In this document: piece by piece, positions 48,861 to 60,760 of the stretch | How the letters are laid out: each line of letters begins with the position of its first letter | Numbering within the stretch: position 1 is the first letter of the stretch | Assembly (NCBI RefSeq): GCF_004010195.1 | Contig: NC_057752.1 | Span: forward strand, 4,541,738-4,605,737 | Direction of reading: 5' to 3' | Origin: Chiloscyllium plagiosum | Taxonomy: Eukaryota | Length of the DNA: 64,000 nt | Translations under genes and position numbers: made by a program | Notes under the pieces: generated by a model | Databases searched by the model: none | Seen by the model: only the letters and a program-made list of their open reading frames with translations | Told to the model about the DNA's origin: nothing

Positions 48861-51635
48861 ACTCTTTCTGGTGATGCACATGAACTTCCTGAACCACTCA
48901 TTCAGAGGACACAATGTGGATCGCAGGCCTCAAAGATGCAATTTGAACTCATCAGATAATATGAGGAAGGTTAAGAGTCCTTGCAGCGAGGAGGAATCAA
49001 GAGTCCTTCATCACAGCATATAATTGTTTCTTTAATGATTTCTAGGTTCTTTGCATCTACCTAAATTTGGGAAAGCAGTCCAACTGTTGATTGCTCTCTG
49101 TGAAGTGAAGGTTCCTGACCTCAGTTTTCCTAGTTTAAACCTGCTTGACCTACACTTTCAATTCAATTTATGCTTCTTTGAATTTACCATTTCCGTATCA
49201 TTGACTATCACATGGATTTCTTTGATCACCTGAGATCAATCATATTTACTGGAAAAATAGTAAGGCACAATTAGGATACTGGAACATTTAAATTCTACTT
49301 GCAGTCCAATTAAGAAGAAGCTTAATGATGCATTGTGATTTCTTCAAAATCTGGTAGGTACAAAAAAAACATAAAAGATGGAAACATTAGAAACTGTCCA
49401 CAGTACACCAATTATAATTCCCAATCTATTTCATAACTAACTAAGTGTTACCCACTTACTAACACATCCCACTTGCTTTCCACCCCCTGAGGCCTCCACA
49501 CTCACCATCCCCTCTCTACCCACCCAGCATCTCACATCCTCTCCTCGCTCACCATCTCTCCTGTTCCCTGCTCAATGCACTCTCTCTAGTCACAGCATTC
49601 CCCTCATCCCGCCCATTCCCTATTTGCCAGCCCCTCCCTGTTCACCATATCTCACCCCTTAATGTGCATCACCATTAATCAATAACTGTAGCTGCAAGAG
49701 CAGGGTCAGAGGTTGGGAATACTGTGGTGAGTAACTTCCCTCCTGACTCCACAAAGCCTGTCCACCATTCACAAGGCACAAGTCAGGAGTGTGATGGAAT
49801 ATTCCCCACTTGCCTGGATGGGGGCAGCTCCAACAACTTAACACCACCCAGCTCCAACAACTTAACACTTGCCCCCTCTTGATGCCTCTGTCTGGCTCAC
49901 TTTCACTCAGCGCTCTTCTCCTGCTCGCTGAATCTCTTATGCTTGTGACTGAGTCCTGCACGCTGACTCTCACACAGTGACTCAGTCATAAGTCTCATTC
50001 TGTTACTGGTGGGGCTGGCCTGTTGGGTGCCTGAAGAGCATAAAGTGTGGTGAGCCTTTTCAAATAGAGGCAATATAGGGTCCTTGCCACCTGTCTAGCC
50101 CAGAGCCAAGACTTCTTAGCCTGCACAAGGTTCAGTCACATCCATCTCTGCTCAGACCCTCTCACTCACTGCCTCGCTCTCGTGCTCACTGCTGCCCTCT
50201 GATCTCCGTCTCACTTATCCCTTCCTTTCCTGAAGCCAAAGAGAGAGCTTGAGAGAGGGTTGGTGAGGGGAAGGAGGCAAGCAAGGGAGGTTCACAGTGC
50301 GAGCTGGTGAGTCAGAGATGGACAATGAGTGGGCTGCGTACTCAATACCATTGCCTTCGATCATTCAGGCCCAGCAGTGCTTAGGCAATGCTCCGCTCCA
50401 GTGTCTTGTATGATTGTATACCTCCAGTGCTCCATGTACAGCCCGTGTGGTCATTCTGCACCATACACCACTCTGTGTCCTGTAAGAAAAATGACACCTT
50501 TGCAAATTAGAAATCTACTCCTCATTCAAAGGCACATTTTTGGCTAAGACAGTCAGTGTGAAACTTTAACATTTGCTGCTGTGAAATCTGACCAGTCAGA
50601 ATTTGAGTCATTCAACCATTTGGAATGAAATATTAAATCTCTGCTACTCCAGGTTTTCCCTCTCTTTCCCTCTTGTTGTTATGTTATGCTTTGGTTACGC
50701 ACAGGCATTGACCTGTCTGCCATTCACTTGTTGGTGCCATCAGGTTTGAAGTTAATAATTGTGGCCTATTTGCTGGAAGGCATGAGGGCACATCAGCAGC
50801 CTGCCCAGAGATGATGTTCTTTATGATGTATCGTACCTCTTTGATCATCGAGTATCCTCTTTTGCTCTAACTGCCTGTAAATATGTGTCTTCCTGTACTG
50901 TGTTCATTGCACTGGGTGAATAGGGAAGTGTTTTATTTCATCTTTCTGTTACCCTCTCAGTGAATGAGGTAGCGTTTTCTTTATTTCTCTCTCTATGTGA
51001 ATCTCTAGGTGGGATATTTATATTTGCTCCACCCATATGTTTTATACATCCAAACCTCAGGGCCATTGAATTAACAGTAACCTTATGGAGCACATGCATG
51101 ATGACACTGAAAATCGCAGTGAGATTCGGCAGATGCAGAACTCACAAACCACGACCTGTATAAGGCTATGCTGTAACCCAAGGGTGACCGAGCCAAACCC
51201 CCAGACTCTACATTGGGCTGAGTGGGAGACCCAGTCAGTGTCAGCCCGTCAACAGGGAGATTCTGAAGCCTTCACAAAATCCCACTTCTTACCACTTACC
51301 ACCTTTCTGCTTTATGACCAAAGGTGCTTTTACATATCAAGGAGAAACAGAATCCTTTGTGATCTTGAAGTGTGTTGATTGAACCTCCTTGCTCTACGGT
51401 ACCAGCACTGTATCCACCCGAGGTCTACATGATGAAAGGTGTCTCCTGCTGATGCTTGTTACAATTCAGAGATCGAACGTGTTGGGAGATTCTCAGCTGT
51501 GTTGTGGTCTTCTCCACAAGAATACAACTTTCCAACGTATGTATCCAGTAAAGGTATCATCCCAGAAATCACATCCATCAGAAACCCCTTTGTGTATCCC
51601 CCCAGATGACTGATACATATTCAACATTGAACCAA

Positions 51636-51993
51636 TCAACAGGCACAGGTCGCCCTGTTACAAAACCACATCCCAATCTTGGCTTTGCTCTTCGGATATC
51701 CTGTTCCAGCAAGTAACTGACCGTCGACACATTCATGACAAAGAAATGACGTTTCATGAAGAGAGAATGTACTGGAATCATTCCACAGGCCAGGCAGCAT
51801 CTGCGGAGAGAGAGAAAAACAGAGTTTATATTTCAGGTCTGTGACGTTCTGTCAGAAGTAATCCTCACCAGTTTTCCAAGTGATTGCAGAATCGAGGTTT
51901 AATGGAGATCAGGTGAAGAGGTTCCCTTTCCACTTTGGGGGAACTGATGAGGCTGTTTGAGCAGTTCATGTCCCACTGCTGGTATCCATCTCC
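51636..51993 (-). pseudogene. MMP19: Degenerate MMP19-like terminal exon, copy 1
   Basis: Minus-strand acceptor tctttctgtag|GGA GAT GGA TAC CAG CAG TGG GAC (GDGYQQWD; compare MMP19 GSGYWQWD), later GYPKSKAK; frameshifts and a Penelope-derived insertion. Confidence 0.75.
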
Positions 51994-53814
51994 CTACAGA
52001 AAGAGAAAAAAACACAATTTCAATCTTTCCAGCTCTGTGATAATTACTAAACCTGTACACAGCATGATCCCACAAAACCAATTTAGATACTGCTTTGATG
52101 GTAGTAGTCAAGGGGGGAACGCAAGCCAGGATTCCAGGAAAGCTCCCTTCTACAAATAGTACCATGGGCTCTTTTACATTGCAGAGTTTTGTTTAACATC
52201 GCATTTGAAAGTGGCAGTTCTGACAATGCAATAGTCTCTCAGTACTGCGCAGAAGAAAGAAACAGAATATGTGCAGGATCTGGTCTTGAGTCCATGATCT
52301 CTTACTCAGAAACAAGCTAGCCAGGGCTCACACATGTGATACAACTGGACAGGAGAACAACTCACAGCATTAATGAAATGGAGAGCAGTTGCCTCATGTT
52401 ACCAGAAAGAATGAACTTGCATTTCTAAAACCTTCAGCTGTCCCAAAGTGCTTTCCAGTTAATGAAGCACTTTTTAAAGTGTTGTAGCATTTAAGAAATT
52501 AAGGACATTTCCATGACCATCCACGTTTGCCTTGCACCATCATCCTTTTTGTCATTTAATCTCTCCTGCTTTCTACCTTTTCACAGACCTTCCCAGTAAC
52601 TTACTCCTGCCCTCTACACCACACCTGCATCTGTGCTTGTTTAAGCCTTATTGCATCTCTAACTTTTCCCAGGCTGATTTCTACATAGACTCTTTCTGCA
52701 CGGATGCTGCCAGACCTGCCGAGTTACTTCAGTATTTTCTGTCTTTGTTTCAAATTTCCAGTGTCCACAGTACTTTGCTTTAGCAGGAGGCTGTGTTGGA
52801 GAATTGAGACAATGCACAAGGCGATGGATGTGGATCGCTCAACTTTCTCTCGTTGCAGATAACAAGTGGTTGTGGATAATCAATCACATCTTCCTGTCTG
52901 CAGTCACTCATGTTAAGTATTAGCAATTTTGAACCACTCTTATTCATCATGAGGTGGATCATGTCTCTCGGTAGGTGGACACCCACAAGTGCGGTGTTTA
53001 TAGTGCCTGGCCCCCTCATACATATAGTGAAAAGTCTGCACTGAAACATACTCAAGGAAAAGCTGGCCAAATTGACCTGTCTCCCAACAAATGATAATGT
53101 CAGTCTCTCAGACGTCCTTTTTAATATACAGTTATAGATCAATGAAATTAAAGGTTGTGTGGCAAAATCCCTTCCGACCTCTCATTCCACTGACTGATCT
53201 TTGGCCATAAACCGCAAGGATGACATGGGTTGTATGATAAAGGAAACACTCACTGCCACGCAAAATTCAGGTACATCGATAAAAAAGTTCACAATCAGAC
53301 AGCAGTACTGTTGATCAAGAATGTCTTTATATCACTGGGTGTAAAATGTGCGAAAGTATGAAAGGAAACTGATGTCACCGGAGAGTGAGCTGGCTGAGTC
53401 TCAGCCACGTAGGCTGAGCTGGGTTTGAGGCCCAGGGTGATAGCTGTCTGAAATACACATCAGGAACACCTCGTTAAGAGCCCTCATACAATCACACTTG
53501 TACACACTGGTCAGCCTCTTGTTTTAAAAAGAAATCTATTCCTACCTCAATGTAGAAGCTTGCTGTTTGGGTCATCTCCCTCTGACACTGTATCCATCCG
53601 AGGTCTACATGATGAAAGGTGTCTCCTGCTGATGCTTGTTACAATTCGGAGATTGAACGTGTTGGGAGATTCTCAGCTGTGCATGGTCTTCTCCACAAGA
53701 ATACAACTTTCCAACGTATGTATCCAGTAAAGGTATCATCCCAGAAATCACATCCATCAGAAACCCCTTTGTGTATCCCCCCAGATGACTGATACATATT
53801 CAACATTGAACCAA

Positions 53815-54183
53815 TCAATGGGTACAGATCACCCTGTTACAAAACCACATCCCAATCTTGGCTTTGCTCTTCGGATATCCTGTTCCAGCAAACAAATGAT
53901 TGTTGACACACCAGTATTTATTTCCCATGAACAAAGAAAAGATGTTTCATGAAGAGAGAACTTGCTAGAAGCATTTCACAGGCCAGGCAGCATCTGTGGA
54001 GAGATAGAAACAGAGTTTATATTTCAGGTCTGTGACTTTTTGTCAGAAGTAATCCTCACCATTTTTCAAATGATTGCAGAATCGAGATTTAACGGAGATC
54101 GGGTGAAGAGGTTCCCTTTCCTCTTTGGGGGAACTGATGATGCTGTTTGAGCAGTTCATGTCCCACTGCTGGTATCCATTTCC
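53815..54183 (-). pseudogene. MMP19: Degenerate MMP19-like terminal exon, copy 2
   Basis: tctgtag|GNGYQQWD...NLFTRSPLNLDSAII...NGEDYF[insert]FMGNKYWCVNNHLFAGTGYPKSKAK aligns by eye to MMP19 hemopexin repeats 3-4 (GLFTGVP...[30 protein letters not shown]). Confidence 0.8.
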
Positions 54184-55073
54184 CTACAGAAAGAGAAAAA
54201 ACACAATTTCAGCATTTCCAGTTCAGACTGGGTTGATCTGATATCAGCCAGGCCAAGGGGCAGCAATCTGATCATTGGACTTGGTGGCAGTGGACAGGAT
54301 TCCCATAACGGTTTACTACCCACTGGACAGTGCTCATGTGTGGACTTCAGGAGGGGACAAGAACAGGGCCAGCTGCCTGAGAAGGTCCGTGTCTTAGTTA
54401 CAACAACATCAGCAGGGGAGCAGGGCAGAGAAAAATGTCACTGTTTTGTCGAGACCAACTGGTTATGTGAGGCACAATGTCATCCTGGTGAATCTAAATA
54501 TAGTCCCTGAACCACACGGAATAATGATATATTAAAAACACCATCAGCTGATTAGATGGTAGTGTGACCCATTAAGAATAATTTTATATCATTGCACATC
54601 AACGAGCAAGAATAAAGGGAGAGCAATGTTACCAGAGGGTGAACTAATTTAATTTCCAAACTGTGTTGGATTTGATGCTCAGTGTCAGGACTGTCTCAAA
54701 CACCGCATCCTGACTCTCACAAAATCCCACTTCTTACCACTTACTACCTTACTGCTTTATGACCAGAAGGTGCCTTTACATATCAAGGAGAAACAGAATC
54801 CTTTGTGATCTTGAAGTGTGTTGATTGAACCTCCTTGCTCTGCAGTACCAGCACTGTATCCACCCGAGGTCTACATGATGAAAGGTGTCTCCTGCTGATG
54901 CTTTCGGAGATCGAACGTGTTGGGAGATTCTCAGCTGTGTTGTGGTCTTCTCCACAAGAATACAACTTTCCAACGTATGTATCCAGTAAAGGTATCATCC
55001 CAGAAATCACATCCATCAGAAACCCCTTTGTGTATCCCCCCAGATGACTGATACATATTCAACATTGAACCAA

Positions 55074-55326
55074 TCAATAGGCACAGGTCGCCCTGTTACA
55101 AAACCACATCCCAATCTTGGCTTTGCTCTTCGGATATCCTGTTCCAGCAAATAAATGATTGCTGACACACCAGTATTTATCTCCCGTGAAGAACGACATC
55201 CATCAGTTTCCAAGTGATTGCAGAATCGAGGTTTAATGGAGATTAGGTGAAGAGGTTCCCTTTCCTCTTCGGGGGAACTGACGAGGCTGTTTGAGCAGTT
55301 CATGTCCCACTGCTCGTGTCCACTTC
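55074..55326 (-). pseudogene. MMP19: Degenerate MMP19-like terminal exon, copy 3
   Basis: tttttgtcag| followed by SGHEQWD..., then FFTGDKYWCVSNHLFAGTGYPKSKAK in another frame; several frameshifts and stops; no Penelope insert. Confidence 0.8.
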
Positions 55327-56139
55327 CTGACAAAAAGAAAAAAACACAATTTCAGCATTTCCAGTTCAGACTGGGTTGATCTGATATCAGCCAGGCCAAG
55401 GGGCAGCAATCTGTTCATTGGACTTGGTGGCAGTGGACAGGATTCCCATAACGGTTTACTACCCACTGGACAGTGCTCATGTGTGGACTTCAGGAGGGGA
55501 CAAGAACAGGGCCAACCAGTTACAACAACATCAGCAGGGGAAATGAAATTGTTTCTTTCTCATTTTTAGGATATGGACTCTTTTTGAATGTAATAGAATT
55601 TGCAATTAATTTCCTGGGAAGCTTTTCAGTTTAAAATACTTGAAATAGCTAGCTCATGTCATCTATCACTGAATTTATGGAATAACAAATTACTTTCAAT
55701 AAAGTCCTGATCAATTCCTCTTTGACACGATGGACTCCCCACTTCAACACTGACTGCAATATGCTCCTGAGTTTTGAACTTTGCCTCAAGGACCCCACCT
55801 TGCAATTTACCCCGAATTCAATGCAAACTTGGCAAATAGACCTGAGTACTCTGCTCTTGTGAGAGCCAATTTTTCCTTTACAATTGCTCTAACGTGGCTT
55901 TGATGGATTTGTTTCATTGGTGCTCAGGCTGTCAGGCAAAGGGCACACTGCGTGGAGAGGACTCTAGAATTCAGATGGGTGCATCAGATTGATTGACAAA
56001 ATGAAGTGATATGACACAGTGCTATACAAGTTTGGTAACTGAAACTGGCTCTTCTGTCTATTGTTGGACAACTGTAGACAACTTTCTCTCACAGAGCATG
56101 ATTGGAAAGCAATCACTAGCACTCTTATGCAGTCGAGAT

Positions 56140-56572
56140 GAGAGTGGTGCTGGAACAGCACAGCAGGTCAGGCAGCATCCAAGGCGCAGGAAACACCGAT
56201 GTTTCGGGCAAAAGCCAGGGCTTTTGTATTACAGTGAACTTTGTAAAGTTTGTAATGGTATAACCCTCCAGACTACATAGCACCATCGAATCCTTACAGT
56301 GTGGAAACAGGCCATTTGGCCCAACAAGTCCACATTGACCCTCCGAAGAGCAACACACCTAGACCCATTCCCCTACCCTATTACCCTACATTTACCCCAG
56401 ACTAATGCACCTAATCTGCACATCCCTGAACACTATGGGCAATTTAGCATGGCCAATTCACTTAACCTGTACATCTTTGGACTGTGGGAGGAAACTGGAG
56501 CACCCGGAGGAAACCCATGTGGACACGGGGAGAATGTGCAAACTCCACACAGACAGTCACTCAAGGCTGGAA
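56140..56572 (-). mobile_element. Penelope-derived fragment (56140-56215) and HE1 V-SINE (56283-56572)
   Basis: Same diagnostic strings as the other copies. Confidence 0.85.
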
Positions 56573-58857
56573 CAATATTTCATTACTTCAGTCTTTTTTA
56601 CATAATCTGTGTAAAAAGTTGCTGTATTAGATTTTTATAGCTTTAAAGTTGTAAGCAACCTTTACACTATATCTTTTGTCTTCAAAAAAGGGGTAATAAG
56701 ACTCTTTCCAGACATTCAAAAACCACACAGAGAAAAGTAAATTACCAAATAGCTCCAAGAGCAGCAAATGATCAGTAATGAACAAGTGTTTGATTTCATG
56801 ACAACTGAGACCTGAATATCAGTTATTGGGTCCTGACTGCATAGGCTTCCTCAAAAACAACAGGGAAAGAACAATCCAAACTATTGTCTTATCTTAGGAA
56901 AAAGTAATTCAATAACAGGAGCAAACTTTAATCAAGAAGATAGGCTTATGGATAATTGCCACTTTAAGGAAGTAGTAAGGATATAACGAGAGGTGCCATC
57001 AGTCAATATCCCTCAACCGTAAAAGCCCATTAGAGATTGATCTTATGCTGCTTTACAACAAGGCTCACCTACCCTAGGCCAATCAGCATGTAATAATGTA
57101 ATAGATCATGCTGCGGCTCAGAAAGAGTTCAGTTGCTTATGAGCAGCCACTTTCAGTGACCAAAGTGCACATCTAGTTTGAACGTGAAGTAATCCTGCTG
57201 TCCAAGTGGAAGCAGAAGAACTATGAGGTTTTGGAGAGACCAGAGACTGAATGTTGACCCATTTTATAAGCTAAACCAAAAAGCGAGAGTTATAATCCAT
57301 CCCTAAAGTCACAGCCCAGCGTTAACGGGTATTATTTACAGTTTTAGTAAAGTTTCCTCAGTTACTGCACAAGCTAATATTGGGATTGGAGCTTAAATTG
57401 TAATTGAAGTTTTTGACACCTAAGTTTAGCCACAATACAACTCCACAGATTCTGGCATCCCCTCTCTCACTACCTCACACTAATTGCCATCATTTAAGTG
57501 TGAATGACAATAAGCCTAAAGGATGTGAAACTGTAAATTATGCAAATTGAGCAGCATTATATTCATAGATGCATAAGCTTTCCACCAGGGGTCACTGGAG
57601 AGCAATCAGGCACAGTTCCTGAGCAGACATTGAAAAGACACGTTCTGAAAAACACAGTTAACAATTCAGTCCATGAACCCGGAAGCTCAAGTGGCATGTC
57701 CAATGGATTTCCTGCAGTGACTGTATCAGGTTCAGGGATGTTACAGGCCCTTTGAAAGTGGCTCTTCCTGTCCTTAACTCTTACACCCATCCAAATCAGA
57801 CCGAAAACTCAAAATCCTCCCATGTTTACGTATAGGAGAATTCTCCAAATCAGACCTTTATTCTCTCTGAGTGGCTGTGTATTCCTTGAACCTGACAATT
57901 GTCTTGTGTTTCCACTGATCATGTAAAGATCAGGCACTCACCTATCCACTCCCCTGTTACATAGTTTGTAATTAGTTTCAAATTAATGAACGTGATGTAT
58001 TCCCTAGAAGGAAGAAGTAATGATCATCACCCGGGTTGGAGACTCTTTATTCTTATTCACTTATGGGACATGGGTGTCACTGGCTGGGCCCAGCGTTTAT
58101 TGCCCTGTCCATAGTTGCCCCCTTGAGAAGGTGGGGGGGGGGTGAGCTGCCTTCCTGAACTGTGCAGTCCACCTACTGTGGGTTGACCCACAGTGTCCTG
58201 TTGGGGGTTGGGGTGCAGTGTGGAAATTCCAGGATTTTGACCCTGTGACAGTGAAGCGCCTTGTAAATGGTGGACAGGTTTTGGGGAGTCAGGAGGTGAG
58301 TTCCTCAATGCAGGATCCCTAGTCTCTGACCTGCTCTTGCAGACACTGTGATTATGTTGGGAGTCCAGTTGTATTTCTGGTCGACAACTAAATAGAAATC
58401 TCCTGGAGCTCAAGGGTTAACCAGATTATCAGCATTCAGGGTTTGAGGCCCAGGGTGACAGCTGTTTGAAATACACATCAGGGACACCTAGTTAAGAGCC
58501 CTCATACGTTCACACTTGTACACACTGGTCAGCCTCTTGTATTATAAAAGAAATCTATTCCTACCTAAATGTAGAAGCTTGCTGTTTGGGTCATCTCCCT
58601 CTGACGCTGTAGCCATCCGAGGTCTACATGATGAAAGGTGTCTCCTGCTGATGCAATTCAGAAATCGAACATGTTGGGAGATTCTCAGCTGTGTGTGGTC
58701 TTCTCCACAAGAATACAACTTTCCAACGTATGTATCCAGTAAAGGTATCATCCCAGAAATCACATCCATCAGAAACCCCTTTGTGTATCCCCCCCAGATG
58801 ACTGATACATATTCAACATTGAACCAATCAACGGGCACAGGTCGCCCTGTTATAAAA

Positions 58858-59054
58858 TCACATCCAAATCTTGGCTTTGCTCTTCAGATATTCTGTTCCA
58901 GCGAATAAGTGATTGTTGACACACCAACATTTATCTCTCGCGAACATACAAATTCCACCATTTTTCCAAGTGTTTTCAACAGCGAGGTTTAATGGAGATC
59001 GGGTGAAGAGGCTCCCATTCATCTTTAGGGGACTCACCGCTAGTGTCCATCTCC
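58858..59054 (-). pseudogene. MMP19: Degenerate MMP19-like terminal exon, copy 4
   Basis: tttcattag|GGA GAT GGA CAC TAG (early stop plus a deletion), then GSLFTRSPLNLAVENTWKNGGICMFARDKCWCVNNHLFAGTEYLKSKAKIWM*, a hemopexin-repeat pattern. Confidence 0.8.
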
Positions 59055-59449
59055 CTAATGAAAGAGAAAAACACAATTTCAGCATTTCCAGTTCAGACTG
59101 GGCTGATCTGATATCATCCAGGCCAAAGGGCAGCAATCTGATCATTGGACTTGGTGGCAGTGGACAGGATTCCCATAACGGTTTACTACCCACTGGACAG
59201 TGCTCATGTGTGGACTTCAGGAGGGGACAAGAACAGGGCCAACCAGTTACAACAACATCAGCAGGGGAGTGGGGGAAGAAAATTGCCACTTGCGTGAAAA
59301 TCCGTGAATCGTTATTGATTGAACTGTTCATTGAAACAAAAACATGCACAGATTTCCCCATTGAGTTCCTCCTGGGTGAAGGGGGAAATACTCATTGTCC
59401 TGTAGTGATTGGAACCATGGCTAGGTGGATCTGATTGACTATAAGATCC

Positions 59450-59504
59450 CTGATTGGGGCTGTGAACCTGGGCCAATCAGGGAGCCCTGGCTGACAGCTA
59501 TAAA
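59450..59504 (+). promoter_or_regulatory. Putative LTR U3 promoter (CCAAT boxes and TATA box)
   Basis: ctgattgg (~59450), gccaatc (~59472) and TATAAA at 59499-59504 inside the 5' LTR. Confidence 0.55.
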
Positions 59505-59511
59505 CAGAAGG

Positions 59512-60760
59512 GGGATTTGAGGTTTGTCCTCCTCTCCCTGTAAAATGGTTGAACGGTAGGGTTTGGGGCCTAGCTTTGCTGCTCCTCTCCCTTGTAAAAT
59601 TGCTGTCTTTTGTGTACAGCTGTCAATGTTTTTTGTAAACTGGTTAGTAATTTGTTTAATAAAATAATATAAACAGAAGGGGGATTTGAGGTTTGTCCTC
59701 CTCTCCCTGTAAAATGGTTGAACGGTAGGGTTTGGGGCCTAGCTTTGCTGCTCCTCTCCCTTGTAAAACTGCTGTCTTTTGTGTACAGCTGTTAATGTTT
59801 TTTGTAAACTGTTTTGTAATTTGTTTAATAAAATAAAAAAAAAAATAAACAGAAGGCTAAGGGCAGTGTTTGTCACTGGCCACCCGGGTGTTTTCCTATC
59901 TTCCTGGTGGTGGAAATTGAATAAAGATTGGTGCACTTTGTGTCTTTCACTGTGTCTCACACCTGCACACACACACCATGGGTGCTGGGGATAAAATAAG
60001 CACTACCGCACTTAGGTGGTAGTGTGGGGGTTAAATTTGAAAAAAAAAGAGAAAAAAAAATAAACAGAAGGCTAGCTGGAGGGTGGGTAGGCCATCCTGT
60101 GAACCTGAAGGTTGGTAGGCTGTCCTGAAAGCCAGAGGGTGGGTAGGCCACCCTGATGCCAGTCGCCCCGAGAGCCAGATGGTGGGTAGGCCGTTCTGAA
60201 CACTGTTGTCCCGAGAAGGGGTAATCGGGACGGGCTGTCCTAGAGGTGGTCGAAAGGTGTCGGAGCAGCCGAGAGCCAGAAGGTGTGTAGGGGCGGGCTG
60301 AGATCCGGAAGGATTGTGGGTTACCCTGCACGCTGTCGTCCCTGGGAAAGGGGACGGGCTGTCCTAGAGGTGGCTGGAAGGTGTGTCAGGGCGGACCGAG
60401 AACTGGAAGGGGCATGGGGTGGACCGAGAGCCGGAAGGTGCATAGGGGCAGGCTGCCTTAGAGTGGCCGGAAGGTGGGAGGGGCGGGGGCTTGCTGGGTC
60501 TGTATTGTATGCACTGTTTTTTATGTAACTGGATTGTCTTATGTATAAAGGTCATTGTTGCTGTCTTTTTATATTTGAAACTGGGATTTGAGGTTTGTCC
60601 TCAATTCCCTGGAAGCTGGCTGAACGGTCGGGTTTGGGGCCTGGCTTTGCTGCTCCTCTCCCTTGTAAAATTGCTGTTGTATACGGCCGTAAATGTTAAC
60701 TGTTTTTTGTAAATTGTTTTGTAATTTGTTTAATAAAATATTATAAACAGGAAAAAATAA
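59512..60760 (+). mobile_element. Stack of A-tailed non-LTR retroposon 3' ends inserted in the Gypsy 5' LTR
   Basis: Units 59512-59668, 59681-59844, 59857-60059, 60072-60742 and 60752-60760 each end in an A-rich tail and are separated by ATAAACAG(A/G)AGG-type direct repeats. Confidence 0.85.

Larger units (their letters stand above)
51270..59268. repeat. Local low-copy duplication: four 0.75-1.0 kb units (~51270-52035, 53420-54420, 54715-55540, 58438-59268)
   Basis: A near-identical core (gaggtctacatgatgaaaggtgtctcctgctgatgc...ccacaagaatacaactttccaacgtatgtatccagtaaagg...) occurs four times in the same orientation. Confidence 0.95.

Noticed and set aside
52780..53142. 120-aa minus-strand ORF between repeat copies
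   Set aside because: No recognisable domain or supported splice structure.
57540..57547. Octamer motif ATGCAAAT suggesting an immunoglobulin promoter
   Set aside because: A single 8-mer is expected by chance; no leader/V exon or recombination signal sequence was seen nearby.
51270..59268. Endogenous viral element or novel protein family in the repeated ORFs (e.g. MDVISGMIPLLDTYVGKLYSCGED)
   Set aside because: Frames are not conserved between copies, and the segment lies downstream of the MMP19-like coding remnant, so it is best read as 3' UTR-derived sequence.
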